Positions 9,466 to 18,920 of a stretch of DNA of 64,000 nt are shown one piece after another; position 1 is the stretch's first letter; the number at the start of each line of letters is the position of its first letter. The translations under genes and the position numbers were made by a program. The notes under the pieces were generated by a model that ran no database searches, was not told the origin of the DNA, and saw only the letters and a program-made list of their open reading frames with translations. Origin of the DNA: Hydrurus foetidus (taxonomy: Eukaryota); assembly GCA_900617105.1 (NCBI GenBank), contig UYFQ01000001.1:3906001-3970000 (forward strand). The letters run 5' to 3'.

Positions 9466-12400
9466 GCGTCATGAATCCGTCCCGGCTTTTTATTAGTCGC
9501 CCGGTAGCTACCTCGCTGCTGATGTTGGCGATTGTGTTGGCTGGGCTGCTGGGCTTGAAGTTTTTGCCTCTAGCAGCGCTTCCGCAGGTGGACTACCCCA
9601 CCATTCAGGTGCAAACGCTGTACCCCGGTGCCAGCCCTGAAGTCATGGCGCAAACGGTCTCAAGCCCGCTAGAGCGGCAGTTCGGCCAAATGGCCGGTTT
9701 GCTGCGCATGAGTTCGACCAGCGCGGCAGGTGTGTCCATCATCACGCTGCAGTTCGGCTTGGGGCTGGCGCTTGATATTGCCGAGCAGCAAGTGCAAGCC
9801 GCTATCAATGCAGGAGCATCATTGCTGCCCGCTGACTTGCCCGCCCCGCCCGTGTACGCCAAGGTTAACCCGGCTGATACGCCGGTCTTGAGCCTGGCCA
9901 TCACATCAGACACTTTGCCACTCACCGAAGTACAAAACCTCGTCAATACCCGTCTGGCATTAAAAATCAGCCAGGTCAACGGCGTGGGCCTGGTCACACT
10001 TAGCGGTGGGCAGCGCCCTGCTGTGCGCATACAGGCTGACATACGGGCACTGGCTTCTTACGGTTTGGGGCTGGATGCTTTTCGGGTTGCGATTGCTGCC
10101 GCCAATGCCAACGCCGCCAAAGGCAGCATTGACGGGCCTTCTAGGGCCTACACCATCAATTCAAACGATCAGCTGGTGGCCGCCAGCGACTATAAAAATC
10201 TGATCATTGCTTATCGCAATGGTGCGGCGGTGCGTGTTGCCGATGTGGCGCAAGTGGTTGACGGTGCGGAGAACGTCAAGCTGGGTGCGTGGTCTAGTCT
10301 CAAACCCGCGATTATTCTGAACGTACAACGTCAGCCGGGTGCCAACGTCATTGCCACCGTTGATGCGATCAAAGCACGTTTGCCCGAGCTGCAGTCGGGC
10401 CTGCCCGCATCGCTCAAAGTCGATGTGCTGTCTGACCGCACCACCGGCATACGTGCGTCGGTCATGCATGTGCAAATTGAATTGCTGCTGGCCGTGCTGT
10501 TGGTGGTGCTGGTTATTTTTGCTTTTTTGCACAGCTTGCGCGCCACTGTGATTGCCAGCCTGGCCGTGCCAATTTCACTCATTGGCACCTGTGGTGCGAT
10601 GTACCTGCTGGGCTACAGCTTGAACAATTTAAGCCTGATGGCACTGACCATTGCCACCGGCTTTGTCGTCGATGACGCGATTGTGATGATTGAAAACATC
10701 TCGCGGTACATCGAAGAAGGCATGGCGCCGATGCAAGCTGCCATCACCGGCGCAGCGCAAATTGGCTTCACTATTATTTCGCTGACTGTGTCGTTGATTG
10801 CAGTGTTGATTCCGCTGCTGTTCATGGGTGATGTGGTGGGGCGATTGTTCAGGGAATTTGCCGTCACCCTGGCGATTACTATTTTAATTTCTGCTGTGGT
10901 TTCATTGACATTGGTTCCAATGATGTCTGCTCGATGGCTAAAAAAAGCGCCTGTCAAAAATAGCGCGGGCAAATTGCAAAAATTCTTCAGCGGCGTGATG
11001 ACGCGCTATGACCATGGCTTGACTTGGGTACTCAAGCGCCAAGGCTTGACGCTGCTGGTTGCGTTTTTAACCCTCGCGCTCACGGTCTTTTTGTACATCG
11101 TGATTCCCAAAGGCCTTTTCCCAACGCAGGACACAGGCCAATTGCAAGCCCGCGTGCAGGCCGCGCAGTCTATCTCTTATGCCCGCATGGCTGAGTTGCA
11201 ACAGGCCACGGCCAAAGCCATTCTTGAAGACCCGGATGTTGACAACCTGAGTTCATTCGTCGGTGTGGATGCCGCCAACAACACCATGCTGCACACTGGC
11301 CGCATGCTGATTAACCTGAAAAAAACACGCACCGGCACCCAGCAATCCACCATCGACAGACTCCGCGAGCGCGCCAGCAAAATAGCGGGTGTCACGCTGT
11401 ACTTGCAGCCCACGCAAGACCTGACAATTGATGCCGAAACTGGGCCGACGCAATTTCGGGTGTCGATGGAGGGATCAGACAACAAGGCGGTGGTGACCTG
11501 GGCGCAAAAGTTAGCGGCGCGCATGGCTGAGCTAAGTAGCCTGCGCAACGTAGCCACTGACGCCGGGGCCACAGGTGCATCGGTTTTTGTTACGGTTGAC
11601 CGCGACACCGCATCCCGCCTGGGTATCTCTACGGCGTCGATTGACGATGCGCTGTACAGCGCCTTCGGCCAGCGCATTGTGTCGACAATTTTTACTGAAA
11701 CCAACCAGTACCGCGTGATTTTGGAAGCCTTGCCTAACCAGTTAACCAACGCATCCACACTTGGCAGCTTGCAGCTCAAAACAGGCGCGGGCGGTACGAC
11801 GCCATTGGCCAGCATTGCCACCATCACCGAGCGGCCTGCACCGCTGCAAGTCACAAGCGTAGACCAGTTTCCCGCCACCACGCTGGGCTTTGACACTGCG
11901 CCCGGCACATCGCTGGGCAAAGCCGTCACCGACATCAAGCAGGCAGCCAAAGACATCGCCTTGCCGGCCAATGTGAGCTTGACTTTTTTAGGCGCATCGG
12001 GTGCCTATGAGACGTCGCTGTCCAGCCAGTTATGGTTGATTTTGGCGGCGTTGGTGTGCGTGTATATCGTGCTTGGCGTGTTGTACGAAAGCTTTATTCA
12101 CCCGCTGACGATTTTGTCGACGCTGCCTTCAGCGGGTGTCGGGGCATTGCTGGCGCTGATGATCAGCGGGTCTGACTTGGGCGTGATTGGCATCATCGGC
12201 ATTATGTTATTGATCGGCATCGTCAAGAAAAACGCCATCATGATGATTGACTTTGCGATTGATGCAGAGCGGACCCAGGGTAAGTCTGCGCGGGAGGCGA
12301 TTCATCAGGCGGCTCTTTTGCGTTTTCGGCCGATTTTGATGACCACGCTGGCTGCTTTGTTTGCTGCTGTGCCTTTGATGTTGGGGTGGGGGGAGGGTGC

Positions 12401-12533
12401 TGAACTTCGCAGGCCGCTTGGGTTGGCGATTTTTGGTGGGCTTGTGGTTAGTCAGGCGCTGACTTTGTTCACTACGCCGGTTATTTATCTTGCGTTTGAT
12501 CGGATGGGACGAAAATGGGGCCGAAAAGGCTAA
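9462..12533 (+). CDS. mdtB: RND efflux transporter, MdtB-like
   Basis: [65 protein letters not shown]. Confidence 0.92.
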   Translation: MSVMNPSRLFISRPVATSLLMLAIVLAGLLGLKFLPLAALPQVDYPTIQVQTLYPGASPEVMAQTVSSPLERQFGQMAGLLRMSSTSAAGVSIITLQFGLGLALDIAEQQVQAAINAGASLLPADLPAPPVYAKVNPADTPVLSLAITSDTLPLTEVQNLVNTRLALKISQVNGVGLVTLSGGQRPAVRIQADIRALASYGLGLDAFRVAIAAANANAAKGSIDGPSRAYTINSNDQLVAASDYKNLIIAYRNGAAVRVADVAQVVDGAENVKLGAWSSLKPAIILNVQRQPGANVIATVDAIKARLPELQSGLPASLKVDVLSDRTTGIRASVMHVQIELLLAVLLVVLVIFAFLHSLRATVIASLAVPISLIGTCGAMYLLGYSLNNLSLMALTIATGFVVDDAIVMIENISRYIEEGMAPMQAAITGAAQIGFTIISLTVSLIAVLIPLLFMGDVVGRLFREFAVTLAITILISAVVSLTLVPMMSARWLKKAPVKNSAGKLQKFFSGVMTRYDHGLTWVLKRQGLTLLVAFLTLALTVFLYIVIPKGLFPTQDTGQLQARVQAAQSISYARMAELQQATAKAILEDPDVDNLSSFVGVDAANNTMLHTGRMLINLKKTRTGTQQSTIDRLRERASKIAGVTLYLQPTQDLTIDAETGPTQFRVSMEGSDNKAVVTWAQKLAARMAELSSLRNVATDAGATGASVFVTVDRDTASRLGISTASIDDALYSAFGQRIVSTIFTETNQYRVILEALPNQLTNASTLGSLQLKTGAGGTTPLASIATITERPAPLQVTSVDQFPATTLGFDTAPGTSLGKAVTDIKQAAKDIALPANVSLTFLGASGAYETSLSSQLWLILAALVCVYIVLGVLYESFIHPLTILSTLPSAGVGALLALMISGSDLGVIGIIGIMLLIGIVKKNAIMMIDFAIDAERTQGKSAREAIHQAALLRFRPILMTTLAALFAAVPLMLGWGEGAELRRPLGLAIFGGLVVSQALTLFTTPVIYLAFDRMGRKWGRKG

Positions 12534-12616
12534 TTTCAGGTATGTTTTGTGCCTGCAGATCAATTAATACGGGCGCGAGCAGCTCCTTAATTTATAGCGT
12601 TGTGCGTTGTGGAGTT

Positions 12617-13149
12617 TGCCGGGGGTTGCCCGGCGGCAAGTCACTTTCTTTTGCTTCGCCAAAAGAAAGTAACCAAAGAAAAGGCGACCCGCAGCCTGGG
12701 CCGCTTCGCGGTTCCTTGAAAAAGCTGAAGGAGCCGGAAAATCTAGAAACTAGTCGGCTTTGCCGCCGTCGGACATCTAAATTTTTTAATCCGTCTCCTT
12801 CAGCTTTTTCAAGCCCAGCCAGGACGGGGCGGGGAAAAATGCGGAGTCGGACTTCCTCCCTCTCCCTCCGGGAGAGGGCTGGGGTGAGGGCATCCCCGAA
12901 TCCGATTGCGTATTTCATCCCCCACCCCGTCCGGGCTGGGCTGAGGAGCACAGGAGGCAGCGGAAATAAATTTTTAGATGTCCGACGACGGCGAAGCTGG
13001 CTAGTTTCTAAAAATTCCGCTGCCTTCGAGCACCGGAAGTTGCCCGAAGCGAAGCGTAGGGACCCAGACTGCGGGTCGCCTTTTCTTTTGCTTACTTTGC
13101 TTTTGGCGAAGCAAAAGAAAAGTGAGTTGCCGCCGGGCAACCCCCGGCA
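12617..13149. repeat. ~530-bp nested inverted repeat (MITE/REPIN-like element) between mdtB and mdtC
   Basis: Outer arms 12617-12694 and 13069-13149 near-perfect reverse complements; inner arm pairs 12744-12786/12968-13010 and 12812-12851/12901-12942; REP-like hairpin at the centre. Confidence 0.92.
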
Positions 13150-13202
13150 TGCTCGCAAGGGGCAACAACTATCAAACAAAAGCGCCATCTGAGAAGAGAT
13201 AA

Positions 13203-16200
13203 ATGAACCTCTCAGAACCCTTCGTCCGCCGCCCAGTAGCCACAGTCCTGCTAACCATAGGCTTGGCGCTGTCAGGCATAGGCGCCTTCTTTGTCTTGCC
13301 CGTCTCACCCTTGCCGCAAGTTGACTTCCCCGTCATCACCATCAGCGCCGCCATACCCGGCGCCAGCCCCGACACCATGGCAAGCAGTGTCGCCACACCG
13401 CTTGAAAGAAGACTCGGCGTCATCTCGGGCGTGAACGAGATGACGTCAAGCAGCAGCAATGGCCAAACCCGCATCAATTTGCAGTTTGACCTGAACCGCA
13501 AAATCGACGCAGCCGCACGCGAAGTGCAGGGCGCTATTAACGCCAGCCGGGTTGACTTGCCTGCCGCGCTGCGCAGCAACCCAACCTACCGCAAAGCCAA
13601 CCCCGCCGCTGCCCCCATCATGATTTTGGCGCTCACGTCCAAGACGCGAACGCCTGGGCAAATTTATGACGACGTGTCTAGCCTGTTGCAGCAAAAAATT
13701 GCGCAAGTGCCCGGCGTGGGAGAGGTTGAACTGGGCGGCGGCTCGCTGCCTGCAGTGCGGGTCGAGTTGTTGCCGTTTGCCCTCAATCGCTACGGCATCA
13801 GCATGGAAGACGTTCGCGCTGCCTTGCAGGCGTCTAACGCTAATCGACCCAAGGGCGCGATAGAAGACAACAGCGATGGAAAAAACCAGCGTTTGCAAAT
13901 TTACGCGGTCGGCAACACCGCCACCGGCGGGCGCAAGGCGGCTGACTATCAAGGCTTGGTCGTGGCTTGGCGCAACGGCGCTGCGGTGCGCCTGCAAGAC
14001 GTGGCCGATGTGCGTGACGGCACTGAAAACACCAACACGATTGGCCTCTTCAATGGCGATGCAGCAGTGATTGTGCTGATACGCCGTCAGCCCGATGCAA
14101 ATGTGATTGCTACCGTTGACGGCATACGCGATTTGTTGCCCGAACTGCAAGCGCAATTGCCAGCAGATGTGAAGTTGTCGGTCGCGTCTGACAGTACCAA
14201 TTCGATCCGCTCGTCATTGCGTGAAATTGAAATTACGCTGCTGATCTCCATCGTGCTGGTGGTGTTGGTGGTCAGCGCTTTTTTGCGCAGTGCGCGAGCC
14301 ACTTTTATTCCGGCAGTGGCTACGGTTGTGTCGTTGCTGGGCACGTTGAGCTTTATGTATTTGTTGGGGTTCAGTTTGAACAACCTGAGCCTGATGGCGC
14401 TGACCGTTGCCACAGGCTTTGTGGTCGACGATGCCATTGTGGTGTTGGAAAACACCAGTCGCCACATCGAAGCGGGCATGGATAGATTCAAGGCCGCGCT
14501 GCTGGGTGCGCGTGAGGTGGGTTTTACCGTGCTGTCGATCAGCTTGTCGCTGGTGGCGGTGTTTATTCCGCTGCTGTTGATGGGCGGACAGCAGGGGCGG
14601 TTGTTTCGTGAATTTGCCGTCACGCTGTCGATGGCGGTGATGATCTCGCTCGTCATATCCTTGAGCACCACGCCCATGATGTGCGCCTGGCTGCTTAAGC
14701 CGCATGCGCAGCATGAACAAGGGCTGATCGCGCGCTGGTTTGACAACGGCTTCAAGCGCGTGCTGCGCACCTATGAAGTCAGCCTGGACTGGGCGCTGCA
14801 GATGCGCTGGCTGATCATGCTGATTTTGGTGGCTGTGGTGGGCATGAATGTTTATTTGTTTGTGAAAATTCCCAAAGGGTTTTTTCCACAGCAAGACACA
14901 GGGCAAATCAATGGCGGCTTGCGGGCAGACCAAAGCATTTCGTTTCAGGCCATGCAAAGCAAGCTGAAAGAATTGGTCGACATTATTCGTGCTGACCCGG
15001 CAGTGGACACGGTGGTGGGTTTTACCGGCGGCGGCAGAGCCGGCGGCGGCTTTATGTTCATCAACCTCAAACCCTTGGCCCAGCGGCCTGATGCGGTGGG
15101 CGGCCAAGCCGTGATAGCCCGGCTGCGGCCGCAGCTGGCCCGGGTCACGGGCATCAGTTTGTTTTTGGGCACCGTGCAAGACTTGCGCGGCGGCGGGCGC
15201 AGCAGCAACTCGACTTACCAGTACACCTTAAAAAGCGACAACATTGCCGACTTGCGCAAATGGGCAACGCGCCTGGCTGACCAAATGAAGAATCAGGAAG
15301 CGCTGCAAGACGTCGACACTGACCAACAAGAAAACGGCGTGGAGGCGATGGTCACGGTTGATAAAGACAGCGCGGCTCGCCTGGGCGTGACGTCGCGCGA
15401 TGTAGACAACGCGCTGTACAACGGCTTTGGCCAACGGCAGGTCGCCACCGTTTACAGCGACATCAACCAGTACAAAGTCATCATGGAAGTGGCCCCGCGC
15501 TTTCGGCAAAGCCCCGAGGCACTTAAAGACATCTATGTGCCCGCGCGCGCAGCGGGCGTGGGTGTGGCCAACGCGGCCAGCCTGGTCAACCCCGCACTGC
15601 GTGACCAATCTACCGGCCAGGCCTTGAGCAATGTGGGCAGCACCATGGTGCCGTTGTCGGCAATTGCAAAGTTTTCTGAAAGCGCCAAAGCATCAAGCGT
15701 GAACCACCAAGACGGCGAGCTGGCCACAACGGTGTCTTACAACCTGGCAGACGGCGCTACTTTGCAGCAAGGCCAGGCAGCGGTGAAGCAATCTGAAGCA
15801 GAAATAGGTTTGCCCAACAATGTGCGTGGCAGCTTTGAAGGCACGGCGCGTGCCGCACAAGAATCGCAGGGCCAACAACCGCTGCTTATTTTGGCGGCGC
15901 TTATCGTCATCTACATCGTGTTGGGCATCTTGTACGAGAGCTTGGTGCACCCGATTACCGTGCTGTCTACGCTGCCGTCGGCCGGTGTAGGGGCAGTGTT
16001 GGCGCTGATGCTTTTCAAGCTCGACTTTTCTATCATTGCGCTGATTGGTGTTTTTCTTTTGATTGGCATCGTCAAGAAAAACGCGATTTTGATCATTGAT
16101 TTTGCGATTGATGCCGAGCGCTCGCGCGGTTTGACTGCAGTTGAAGCCGTGCGCGAAGCTTGCCTGCTGCGTTTTCGCCCCATCCTCATGACCACCCTGG

Positions 16201-16409
16201 CCGCCATACTTGGCGCGCTGCCGTTGGCCATTGGCTTTGGCGAAGGCGCTGAGCTGCGCCGCCCGCTGGGTATTGCCATTATTGGCGGGCTGATTGCCAG
16301 CCAGTTGCTGACGCTCTTGACCACCCCCGTTGTGTATGTGCTGCTCGACAAGCTGCGCGGGCAGAGTCGTCATGACTTGCGCTTGGCGCGGGACGCAAGC
16401 CTTCATTGA
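13203..16409 (+). CDS. mdtC: RND efflux transporter, MdtC-like
   Basis: [57 protein letters not shown]. Confidence 0.92.
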   Translation: MNLSEPFVRRPVATVLLTIGLALSGIGAFFVLPVSPLPQVDFPVITISAAIPGASPDTMASSVATPLERRLGVISGVNEMTSSSSNGQTRINLQFDLNRKIDAAAREVQGAINASRVDLPAALRSNPTYRKANPAAAPIMILALTSKTRTPGQIYDDVSSLLQQKIAQVPGVGEVELGGGSLPAVRVELLPFALNRYGISMEDVRAALQASNANRPKGAIEDNSDGKNQRLQIYAVGNTATGGRKAADYQGLVVAWRNGAAVRLQDVADVRDGTENTNTIGLFNGDAAVIVLIRRQPDANVIATVDGIRDLLPELQAQLPADVKLSVASDSTNSIRSSLREIEITLLISIVLVVLVVSAFLRSARATFIPAVATVVSLLGTLSFMYLLGFSLNNLSLMALTVATGFVVDDAIVVLENTSRHIEAGMDRFKAALLGAREVGFTVLSISLSLVAVFIPLLLMGGQQGRLFREFAVTLSMAVMISLVISLSTTPMMCAWLLKPHAQHEQGLIARWFDNGFKRVLRTYEVSLDWALQMRWLIMLILVAVVGMNVYLFVKIPKGFFPQQDTGQINGGLRADQSISFQAMQSKLKELVDIIRADPAVDTVVGFTGGGRAGGGFMFINLKPLAQRPDAVGGQAVIARLRPQLARVTGISLFLGTVQDLRGGGRSSNSTYQYTLKSDNIADLRKWATRLADQMKNQEALQDVDTDQQENGVEAMVTVDKDSAARLGVTSRDVDNALYNGFGQRQVATVYSDINQYKVIMEVAPRFRQSPEALKDIYVPARAAGVGVANAASLVNPALRDQSTGQALSNVGSTMVPLSAIAKFSESAKASSVNHQDGELATTVSYNLADGATLQQGQAAVKQSEAEIGLPNNVRGSFEGTARAAQESQGQQPLLILAALIVIYIVLGILYESLVHPITVLSTLPSAGVGAVLALMLFKLDFSIIALIGVFLLIGIVKKNAILIIDFAIDAERSRGLTAVEAVREACLLRFRPILMTTLAAILGALPLAIGFGEGAELRRPLGIAIIGGLIASQLLTLLTTPVVYVLLDKLRGQSRHDLRLARDASLH

Positions 16410-16419
16410 AACGAACACC

Positions 16420-17850
16420 ATGAAAATTTACAGCTCCACCATCAGCGTTGCTACTGCCCTGCTCATCACAGGCTGCGCCGTTGGCCCCGCCTACGAGCGC
16501 CCCAGCGCACCAGAAGTCAGTGCTTACAAAGAAGCGGGTGACTGGATCACGGCTGCGCCTGCTGACGCGCTAGAGCGCGGGCCGTGGTGGCAGTTGTTTA
16601 ACGACCCGCTGCTCAATGATCTGGCGGCGCGGGTTGACGTGTCTAACCAAAACGTAGCCGCTGCGGTGGCGGCGTATGCACAGGCGCGTGCGGTGGTGGC
16701 CGAGCAGCGCGCGGGCCTGTTTCCGTCAGTCACGCTGGGCGGCGGCGCGACCCGCTCGAGCAACGGCGGCGGTGCAACAGGTTTGGGTGGCCGTACCAGC
16801 AACAACTACCAGGCCAGTCTGGGCGCATCGTGGGAGCCCGATATTTGGGGCCGCCTGCAAAGTGTGGCCAACGGCGCAGTAGCCCTGGAGGCCGCCAGCG
16901 CGGCTGACTTGGCCACCGCGCGGCTGTCATCGCAAGGCGAGTTGGTGGCCAACTATTTGTCGCTGCGCCAGCAAGATGCGCAAAAAGCGCTGCTCACCAG
17001 CACCATCGCCAGTTTCAGGCGCGCGCTCGACATCACGCAAAACCGCTACAACGCTGGCATTGTTGCCAAGACCGATGTGCTGCAAGCGCAAACCCAGTTG
17101 GCCAACGCGCAGGCAGATGAGGTGGGCCTTCAGCGCACCCGCGCGCAGCTGGAGCACGCCATTGCGGTACTGGTGGGCCAAGCGCCCGGCAACTTCACTT
17201 TGGCGCCTTTGCCCGCGTTTAAACCCACCGTGCCAGACGTGCCCGTCGGCGTGCCGTCTACGTTGCTGCAGCGCCGGCCAGACATTGCCGCTGCAGAGCG
17301 CCGCGTAGCCAACGCCAACGAGCAAATTGGCGTGGCCAAAGCAGCTTACTACCCCAGTTTGAGTTTAAACGGCTCCGTAGGTACGGGTGCGAGCCGCGTG
17401 GCCGACCTGTTTAATGCACCAGCGGCTCTTTGGTCAATAGGCTTGTCTGCCGCTCAAATTTTGTTTAAGGGTGGCGCATTAGATGCGCGAGTCGATGGTG
17501 CAACCGCTGCCCATGCGCAAGCGGTAGCGCGCTACCGGCAAGTGGTGTTAGCGGCGTTTCAAAACGTTGAAGACCAGCTCAGTGCCAGCCGTGTGTTGCT
17601 GGCGCAGCAGGCGCTTCGCGTGCAGGCATCCAGCGCAGCAGATCAGGTTGAGCAGCAAGCGTTAAATCGTTACACCGCTGGCCGCGCCAGCTACCTGGAA
17701 GTCATCAGCGCGCAAACAACCGCGCTCAGTGCCCGGCGCGCGGTGGTGCAGGCAACCGCCGACCGCCAAACCACCGCAGTGGCGCTGATTCAATCACTGG
17801 GCGGTGGGTGGGGCCCGCAAGCAGCACCAGATGCGATATTAAATAAGTAG
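16420..17850 (+). CDS. Outer membrane efflux lipoprotein (NodT/OprM family)
   Basis: Lipobox LITG-C, WWQLFNDPLL, SWEPDIWG, PSTLLQRRPDIAAAE, SLGGGW; start ATG 16420. Confidence 0.92.
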   Translation: MKIYSSTISVATALLITGCAVGPAYERPSAPEVSAYKEAGDWITAAPADALERGPWWQLFNDPLLNDLAARVDVSNQNVAAAVAAYAQARAVVAEQRAGLFPSVTLGGGATRSSNGGGATGLGGRTSNNYQASLGASWEPDIWGRLQSVANGAVALEAASAADLATARLSSQGELVANYLSLRQQDAQKALLTSTIASFRRALDITQNRYNAGIVAKTDVLQAQTQLANAQADEVGLQRTRAQLEHAIAVLVGQAPGNFTLAPLPAFKPTVPDVPVGVPSTLLQRRPDIAAAERRVANANEQIGVAKAAYYPSLSLNGSVGTGASRVADLFNAPAALWSIGLSAAQILFKGGALDARVDGATAAHAQAVARYRQVVLAAFQNVEDQLSASRVLLAQQALRVQASSAADQVEQQALNRYTAGRASYLEVISAQTTALSARRAVVQATADRQTTAVALIQSLGGGWGPQAAPDAILNK

Positions 17851-17878
17851 CTGTTCGCGCCCGTATTTATTGGGCTAC

Positions 17879-17911
17879 AGGCCTTTTTTGTGCTTAAAAA
17901 AGGCCTTTTTT
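17879..17911. terminator. Terminator between convergent OMF and FKBP genes
   Basis: AGGCCTTTTTT-gtgctt-AAAAAAGGCCT followed by a T run. Confidence 0.6.
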
Positions 17912-17924
17912 CATCACTTTTTTA

Positions 17925-18374
17925 TCACTTTCCGTTAATAGCCAGCAATTCAATTTCAAACACCAGCGTGGCGTTTGGCGGTATCACGCCGCCTGCACCG
18001 CGCGCGCCGTAAGCAATACCCGACGGGCAAGTCAGCTTGGCTTTGCCGCCGGTTTTCATCAACTGCACGCCTTCGGTCCAGCACGGAATCACGCCGTTTA
18101 ACGGGAACTCGGTCGGCTCGTTGCGCTTGTACGAGCTGTCAAATTCTTTGCCATCTGGGAACGTACCTTTGTAGTGCACTTTTACCTTGTCAGTGGCTTT
18201 GGGGCTGGCGCCTGTGCCTACTTTGGTAGCCACATAAACCAGGCCGCTTTTGGTGACTTGTGCGCCCGGCTCTTTGCCAGCGGCCGTTAGCGCGGCGTCG
18301 GTTTGTGCGGCGGCAGTGGTGGCGACGAGCACTGAAAACACGGCGGTCAGTACAGTTGAAAGAGTTGAACGCAT
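17925..18374 (-). CDS. FKBP-type peptidyl-prolyl isomerase, exported
   Basis: VKVHYKG, EFDSSY, VIPCWTEG, AYGARG..GVIPPNATLVFEIELL; signal peptide from ATG 18374. Confidence 0.95.
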   Translation of the reverse strand: MRSTLSTVLTAVFSVLVATTAAAQTDAALTAAGKEPGAQVTKSGLVYVATKVGTGASPKATDKVKVHYKGTFPDGKEFDSSYKRNEPTEFPLNGVIPCWTEGVQLMKTGGKAKLTCPSGIAYGARGAGGVIPPNATLVFEIELLAINGK

Positions 18375-18439
18375 ATGAAAACCTTTAAAAATAATGAAAC
18401 AATTTAAAAACAGTGAAATGGTAGCAAAGTAACGCTTGG

Positions 18440-18898
18440 CTAGCTGGACAGCTCCCGTTTTAACGGGCCGTAGCAAGCTGCCAGTGAAGCAGTTTTGCAG
18501 ACCACCATGCGGTCTTTGGCGGGGCTAAGCTGCACGAAGCGAGTGGCCTCTAAAGCCGCAATATCGTCATCGTCCACCACATCGCCATGGCAGTCTTTTT
18601 GGCCGTTCGTTCGGGTCAATGTTTCGACCACCTTGTAAAAACCCCGTGCATCAGGCGCAGCGTCTAGCTGGTAGCGCCAGGCTGTTACGGCGTCGCCACT
18701 GGTTGTAGACAACACGCCGTCTGCCCGGTACTGCAAAGTCTCGGTGCACTTGCCGCTAAACACTGTCCAGTTCCAGGTGCCCAACACCGGGTGCGGCGCA
18801 GCATTTTGGGCGTAGCTTGCGGGCGCGCAGTGCGCAACACAGGCGGTCAGCACAAGCACGGCCCGCAGGCGAAGTGATAAGGAAGTTTGGATGGTCAT
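18440..18898 (-). CDS. Hypothetical exported protein
   Basis: Signal peptide ending ASYA-Q, HPVLGTWNW, four Cys in the mature region; co-oriented with neighbours. Confidence 0.65.
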   Translation of the reverse strand: MTIQTSLSLRLRAVLVLTACVAHCAPASYAQNAAPHPVLGTWNWTVFSGKCTETLQYRADGVLSTTSGDAVTAWRYQLDAAPDARGFYKVVETLTRTNGQKDCHGDVVDDDDIAALEATRFVQLSPAKDRMVVCKTASLAACYGPLKRELSS

Positions 18899-18920
18899 GC
18901 CGTGATGCTTGCAGGGCTGG

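Noticed and set aside
12515..13308. Overlapping 225-aa (+) and 238-aa (-) ORFs in the mdtB-mdtC gap
   Set aside because: They resemble each other only because the DNA is palindromic, overlap real genes and show no transposase motifs
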